From contig JBGSKU010000278.1 in assembly GCA_041741055.1 (NCBI GenBank), forward strand, positions 1 through 62,379: a stretch of DNA of 62,379 nt. The letters are read 5' to 3'. The notes beneath the pieces are model-generated. The model saw only the letters and a list, made by a program, of their open reading frames with translations. It was not told where the DNA came from and searched no databases. The DNA is from Hyphomonas sp. (GTDB lineage: Bacteria; Pseudomonadota; Alphaproteobacteria; Caulobacterales; Hyphomonadaceae). The position numbers were made by a program, and so were the translations under genes. Shown here in pieces: positions 58,085 through 62,379 of the stretch. Numbering within the stretch: the first letter of the stretch is position 1; the number at the start of each line of letters is the position of its first letter.

Positions 58085-59209
58085 CTAGGGGCACCCGATG
58101 GCCTTGGCGATGATGTTGCGGTGGACTTCGCTGGTTCCGGAGTAGATCGTTGCAGCCCGGGTTGCGAAGTACTTCGCCAGTGCAAAGTCGCTGTTTGGTG
58201 CCAGTTCGATGCCGATTTCCGTGATCGCCTGATGCAGTTCGGTGGCGAGCAACTTCAGAATAGAAGTCGCGGGCGCCTCGCCGATGCCGATGCGCCCGGC
58301 GCCGGCGTGGACTTCCAACGCTTCGAACATGTCGATCCGCTGGGCAAGTTCGGCAAGGCGTGCCCGCAAGGCGGGGTCGCCGTATCCAGACTCCCTGTAG
58401 CCACGCTCGGCCGCGCGCAGGGCCCGGCGCAACATGCCGGTGGTCGTGTTGTTCGACCGCGCGATCGCCATGAGCCGCTTGGCGGTTTTCCAGCCCGCGC
58501 CAATATCTCCCACGCGGTCAGCGACCGGTGTGCGGACCCGGTCGAAGAACACTTCGTTGGTTTCGTGGTCACCGTCGATGAACCGGATCGGGTTCACGGT
58601 GATGCCGGGGCGGTCCATCTCGACCAGCAGGAAGACGAGCCCGTCGCCGCCTGTACTGCCTGCATCACAGCGGGCGAGCAGGAACATGTGCGTTGCGTAC
58701 TGGGCGAAGCTTGTCCAGATCTTGCTGCCGCTGAGAATGAAGTCTTCGCCGTCACGTTCGGCGCGCAGGGACAGGGCGGAAAGGTCCGATCCGGCTTGCG
58801 GCTCGGAAAAGCCATGGCACCACTCGTGCTGTCCGTTCAGGATGGCGGGCAGGTACCGCGCCTTCTGTTCAGGCGTTCCCTCCGCAATGATCAGTGGGCC
58901 GATGGTGCGGATGCCGGACGATTGCAGCAATGGCGCATCGCGCATCGCGCACGCATTCTCGAAATAGAGCCGCTGCTCCGTGCTCCAGCCCGCACCGCCA
59001 TGTTCGACCGGCCAGGATGGGGCATACCAGCCTTGCGCATGCAGTTTCTCACGCCAGGCTGCGCAGGCCCAAGGGGCGGACTTCAAGCCGGTAGTCGCAC
59101 GGCCCGCTGCCCGCAATTCATCGGTCAAGGCTGTGTCGAGAAAGGTATCGACCGCGTGCCGGAACGCCACATCGGCCTCGCTGTTTGTGATTCCGAAGCT
59201 TCCGTCCAC
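58085..59209 (-). CDS. Acyl-CoA dehydrogenase family protein
   Basis: WCHGFSEPQAGSDL, GSKIWTS, NEVFFD, TIYSGTSEVHRNIIA; GTG start with GGAGAG RBS. Confidence 0.92.
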   Translation of the reverse strand: MDGSFGITNSEADVAFRHAVDTFLDTALTDELRAAGRATTGLKSAPWACAAWREKLHAQGWYAPSWPVEHGGAGWSTEQRLYFENACAMRDAPLLQSSGIRTIGPLIIAEGTPEQKARYLPAILNGQHEWCHGFSEPQAGSDLSALSLRAERDGEDFILSGSKIWTSFAQYATHMFLLARCDAGSTGGDGLVFLLVEMDRPGITVNPIRFIDGDHETNEVFFDRVRTPVADRVGDIGAGWKTAKRLMAIARSNNTTTGMLRRALRAAERGYRESGYGDPALRARLAELAQRIDMFEALEVHAGAGRIGIGEAPATSILKLLATELHQAITEIGIELAPNSDFALAKYFATRAATIYSGTSEVHRNIIAKAIGCP

Positions 59210-59382
59210 GGCGACTCTCCCATGTCACAGCATCGGGCTGAGTACCGCCCGGCGCAGGAAACCGGGCAATCAGGGAAAGTACGTGGTTGCCCCCCGGTCC
59301 ACTCGTCGACCTCTGGGCCTGTAGAGGCCTCCGAATTCTTGTGCCATACCTTGCCGGGACAAAAAACTCGGGAGTGAACACC

Positions 59383-60807
59383 ATGGCTGACCAGACCTAT
59401 ACAATGACCATCAACGGCAAGGCCGTTGCCGGAACGGAAACCTTCGGCGTCGAGAACCCAGCGACGGGACAGGTCTTTGCGCAGGCCCCTGATTGTTCCA
59501 AGGCCGAACTCGATGCTGCCGTTGCATCAGCCCGCGCGGCATTCCCGGCCTGGAAAGCCACCCCGATCGCAAAGCGCCGTGAACTGCTCAACGCCATGGC
59601 CGGCGTCATTATGCAGAACATCCCCGAACTGTCGCGCCTGCTGACGCGCGAGCAGGGAAAGCCCCATCCGGACGCCGAAGGCGATGTCGGCGGCGGCGCC
59701 TTCTGGCTGATGGAATCTTCCAAGCATGAGATCCCCGAACACGTCTCCGAAGACTCAGCCGAGCGCCACGCCATCACGCGCTACGGACCAATCGGCGTCG
59801 TGGCGGCCATCGTTCCATGGAACTTCCCGATCATCCTCGCCGCCTTCAAGCTCGGCCCGGCGCTGCTCGCTGGCAACACGGTCGTGCTGAAGCCCGCGCC
59901 GACCACACCGCTCACCCCGCTGCGGATCGGCGAGCTGCTGCGCGGCGTCCTGCCGGACGGCGTACTGAACGTCATCTCGGGATCCGACCGGCTCGGTCCC
60001 TGGCTGACCGCCCATCCGGGCATCGACAAGGTCAGCTTCACCGGCTCCACACAGACCGGAAAGAAGGTCATGGAAAGCGCGGCCGGTTCGCTGAAGCGCG
60101 TCACGCTCGAACTCGGCGGCAATGATCCGGCCATCGTGATGCCGGATGTGGACGTGAAAAAGGTGGCCGAAGATCTCTTCTGGGCCGCTTTCCGCAACAC
60201 CGGCCAGATCTGCATCGCCACCAAGCGCATGTACATCCACAAGGACGTGTACGAACCTTTGAAGGCCGCCATCGTCGAGTATGCGAAAACCGTGAAGATC
60301 GGCGACGGCGCGGAGCAGGGCACCCAGATCGGACCGATCCAGAACTCCGCGCAGTACCGGCGCGTCCTCGAACTGATCCAGGACGCCAAGGATAATGGCT
60401 ACAAGTTCCTGATTGGCGGAGACGAGGCCAAGGTGCCGGGCTACTTCGTGCCGATCACGATCCTCGACAACCCGCCGGAAAATGCCCGCATCGTGCAGGA
60501 AGAGCAGTTCGGCCCGGTCCTGCCGCTCCTGAAGTTCGACAATCTCGATGAGGTCGTCGGGCGCGCCAATGACAGTGAATACGGTCTCGGCGCCTCGATC
60601 TGGACCAGCGACATCGAGCGGGCGCAGGATATCGCGACCCGCCTGCAGGCCGGCACAGTCTGGATCAACGAGAGCCAGCACCTCAGCCCGCACGCGGCCT
60701 TCGGCGGCTTCAAGCAGTCTGGTATCGGCGTTGAAGGGGGCCCCGACGGCGTCCTCGAATTCTGCCAGGCACAGACCGTGTTCACGCGGAAACCCGCGAC
60801 CGCCTGA
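59383..60807 (+). CDS. Aldehyde dehydrogenase
   Basis: PWNFP, FTGST, LELGGND, GQICIA (catalytic Cys), EEQFGP, FGGFKQSG; RBS GGAG. Confidence 0.94.
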   Translation: MADQTYTMTINGKAVAGTETFGVENPATGQVFAQAPDCSKAELDAAVASARAAFPAWKATPIAKRRELLNAMAGVIMQNIPELSRLLTREQGKPHPDAEGDVGGGAFWLMESSKHEIPEHVSEDSAERHAITRYGPIGVVAAIVPWNFPIILAAFKLGPALLAGNTVVLKPAPTTPLTPLRIGELLRGVLPDGVLNVISGSDRLGPWLTAHPGIDKVSFTGSTQTGKKVMESAAGSLKRVTLELGGNDPAIVMPDVDVKKVAEDLFWAAFRNTGQICIATKRMYIHKDVYEPLKAAIVEYAKTVKIGDGAEQGTQIGPIQNSAQYRRVLELIQDAKDNGYKFLIGGDEAKVPGYFVPITILDNPPENARIVQEEQFGPVLPLLKFDNLDEVVGRANDSEYGLGASIWTSDIERAQDIATRLQAGTVWINESQHLSPHAAFGGFKQSGIGVEGGPDGVLEFCQAQTVFTRKPATA

Positions 60808-60904
60808 GCCTTGACGTAGCGGACGGGCCACCCGGCGTCACATCTTGTGCGCCCGGGCGGTCATGTCACTCTGAAGGTCCCAACGGTTCTGCAGAGGCCA
60901 AGCC

Positions 60905-61690
60905 ATGACCGACCTCGTTCTCTACGAACACCCGCTGTCGCCCTATGCGCAGAAAGTGAAAATCGCCCTGCGCGAAAAGGGTGTGCCTTTTGAGGCGCGC
61001 TTGCCCGAAGGCATTGGCACAGGCGTCACCGGCTCTGGTTTCGCCAAGGCCAATCCGCGCGGCGAAGTGCCCGCACTTGTGCATGGCGACACGTCCATCT
61101 TCGACAGCACGATCATTCTCGAATATATCGAGGAGGTCTGGCCATCGCCGCCCATGCTGCCGTCCACGCCGGCCGGGAAAGCCCGCGTCCGGATGATCGA
61201 AGACATCATGGACACCCAGTTCGAGGCGATCACCTGGGGGCTCGGCGAACTCAACTTCTTCAAGCGTGCTGAAGGTGACCTGAAGGCACAGATTGAATCC
61301 TGCGCCCGGACCCAGGCGGCCGCCTTCTTTGCCATGCTCGAAGCCCGGCTCGGCAAGGCGGACTGGTTCAATGGGGCGGATTTCGGTTGGGGCGACCTGA
61401 GTGTCGTGCCGTTCCTGAATGGAGCTGCGGGATTTGGCATTGCGCCTGAAGCAGGCAGCGCGCTTTCGGTCTGGGCCGCCCGCACCAACGCGCGGGAGAG
61501 TGTCTCACAAACCCGCGCTGAGTCTGAGGCTTCCATCTCCGGCATGGCGCAGGTCGATCAGGCGGTGAAGGCGGGCCTGTTCAAACGTCAGTACCGGGAC
61601 CACCGTCTTGAGTGGATGATGAAATCCGGTGGGGCAAACATTGTGCAAAAAGGACTGGCGGAAGGCACAATCCGCTTCACAGGCCCCTGA
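60905..61690 (+). CDS. Glutathione S-transferase family protein
   Basis: HPLSPYAQKV, NPRGEVPAL, DSTIILEYIEE, FGWGDL. Confidence 0.9.
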   Translation: MTDLVLYEHPLSPYAQKVKIALREKGVPFEARLPEGIGTGVTGSGFAKANPRGEVPALVHGDTSIFDSTIILEYIEEVWPSPPMLPSTPAGKARVRMIEDIMDTQFEAITWGLGELNFFKRAEGDLKAQIESCARTQAAAFFAMLEARLGKADWFNGADFGWGDLSVVPFLNGAAGFGIAPEAGSALSVWAARTNARESVSQTRAESEASISGMAQVDQAVKAGLFKRQYRDHRLEWMMKSGGANIVQKGLAEGTIRFTGP

Positions 61691-62379
61691 CCGGTGGCTG
61701 CGGTGGTTCGCTGAGAAGCCTGCCCGGTGAGGTTTCGAACAGATCGATGAGGAACTCGCTGGTCGCCCGGACTCGAGCAAGAGTGTGCACGTCTTCATGG
61801 ATCGCCAGCCACAGCGCCCGCTCGATCCGGACGGCATCCGGCAGAACCTGCACAAGCTCCGGATCAGCTGCGGCCATGAAATGAGGCAGCACCGCAATCC
61901 CGGCGCCAGCCCGTGTCATCTGCCATTGCGCGACAATCGAGGGACTGCAGAAGCGCAGTGACAGTCCCGGCATGATCTCTTCATGATAGCGCAGCTGAGA
62001 GGAATAGATCAGGTCGTCGACATACCCGATCAGCGAATGACCAGCCAGATCGGTAACATCCGTGATCGCCCCGTGCGCTTTCAGGTATTTCGGCGCGGCG
62101 TAGAGGTGCAGCGAATAGTCGGACAGCTTGCGCACCTTCAGCCGTCCTGCCTTCGGGCGCGTCAGCAGGATGGACATGTCGGCCTCGCGCTTGGGTACGC
62201 TGACGAAGCCGGACAGGGCGATCAGGTCGAGACCCAGACGGGGATGACGGGTCGCGAAGTCGGCGATGGCCGGCGCGATCAGCTGGTTACCCAGACCTTC
62301 GGGCACGCCGATGCGGACCCGCCCCGTCGCCTGCGGTCCACCCGGCTCGGACACAGCCGCAACCTCGGCGGCGGCATGC
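61677..62379 (-). CDS. LysR family regulator (HTH outside window)
   Basis: Substrate-binding domain: GRVRIGVPEG, READMSI, LYAAPKYL, GAGIAVLP, WLAIHED. Confidence 0.85.
   Translation of the reverse strand, partial: HAAAEVAAVSEPGGPQATGRVRIGVPEGLGNQLIAPAIADFATRHPRLGLDLIALSGFVSVPKREADMSILLTRPKAGRLKVRKLSDYSLHLYAAPKYLKAHGAITDVTDLAGHSLIGYVDDLIYSSQLRYHEEIMPGLSLRFCSPSIVAQWQMTRAGAGIAVLPHFMAAADPELVQVLPDAVRIERALWLAIHEDVHTLARVRATSEFLIDLFETSPGRLLSEPPQPPVRGL

Noticed and set aside
1-62379. tRNA, rRNA, integrase, transposase or prophage genes
   Set aside because: None recognised. Intergenic gaps are short and show no cloverleaf or terminal inverted repeats, though a covariance scan was not possible.

Overview
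This is a GC-rich, gene-dense alphaproteobacterial chromosome segment. A Hyphomonas-like origin is inferred from gene content, especially the ectoine cluster layout. In order it holds: (1) a 5'-truncated Oar-like TonB-dependent receptor, an uncharacterised gene with a basic H-x-V-R-G-H tail, and a helically phased TGRNCC array; (2) two divergent DUF3604 metallo-hydrolase lipoproteins with PpiC-like and HupE/UreJ partners; (3) 3-hydroxyacyl-CoA dehydrogenase and a GMC oxidoreductase; (4) convergent selD (oxidoreductase fusion) and mnmH/selU; (5) a TetR-controlled tripartite RND pump; (6) ectR-ectABCD-ask_ect with MFS and SSS transporters; (7) a HExxH metallopeptidase, a very acidic secreted peptide and a TIR-TM-WD40 protein; (8) a queuosine salvage locus (yhhQ, tgt with a GGSLG pocket, DUF2419/Qng1) facing a TonB-dependent receptor; (9) a sulfide module (BigR/SqrR-like ArsR, RND and adaptor, SQR, TrxC, DUF2892); (10) divergent transglutaminase-amidoligase (DUF2126) and Ntn-hydrolase-transglutaminase fusions; (11) acyl-CoA ligase, EmrAB-like pump, acyl-CoA dehydrogenase, aldehyde dehydrogenase, GST and a truncated LysR. 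I saw no rRNA, tRNA, CRISPR array or IS element. The best candidates for an undescribed system are the putative outer-membrane-to-tRNA queuosine scavenging pathway, the phased repeat array with its orphan gene, the paired transglutaminase fusions with a Cys-less Ntn domain, and the Toll-like TIR-TM-WD40 protein. All family calls come from motif recognition, not database searches.
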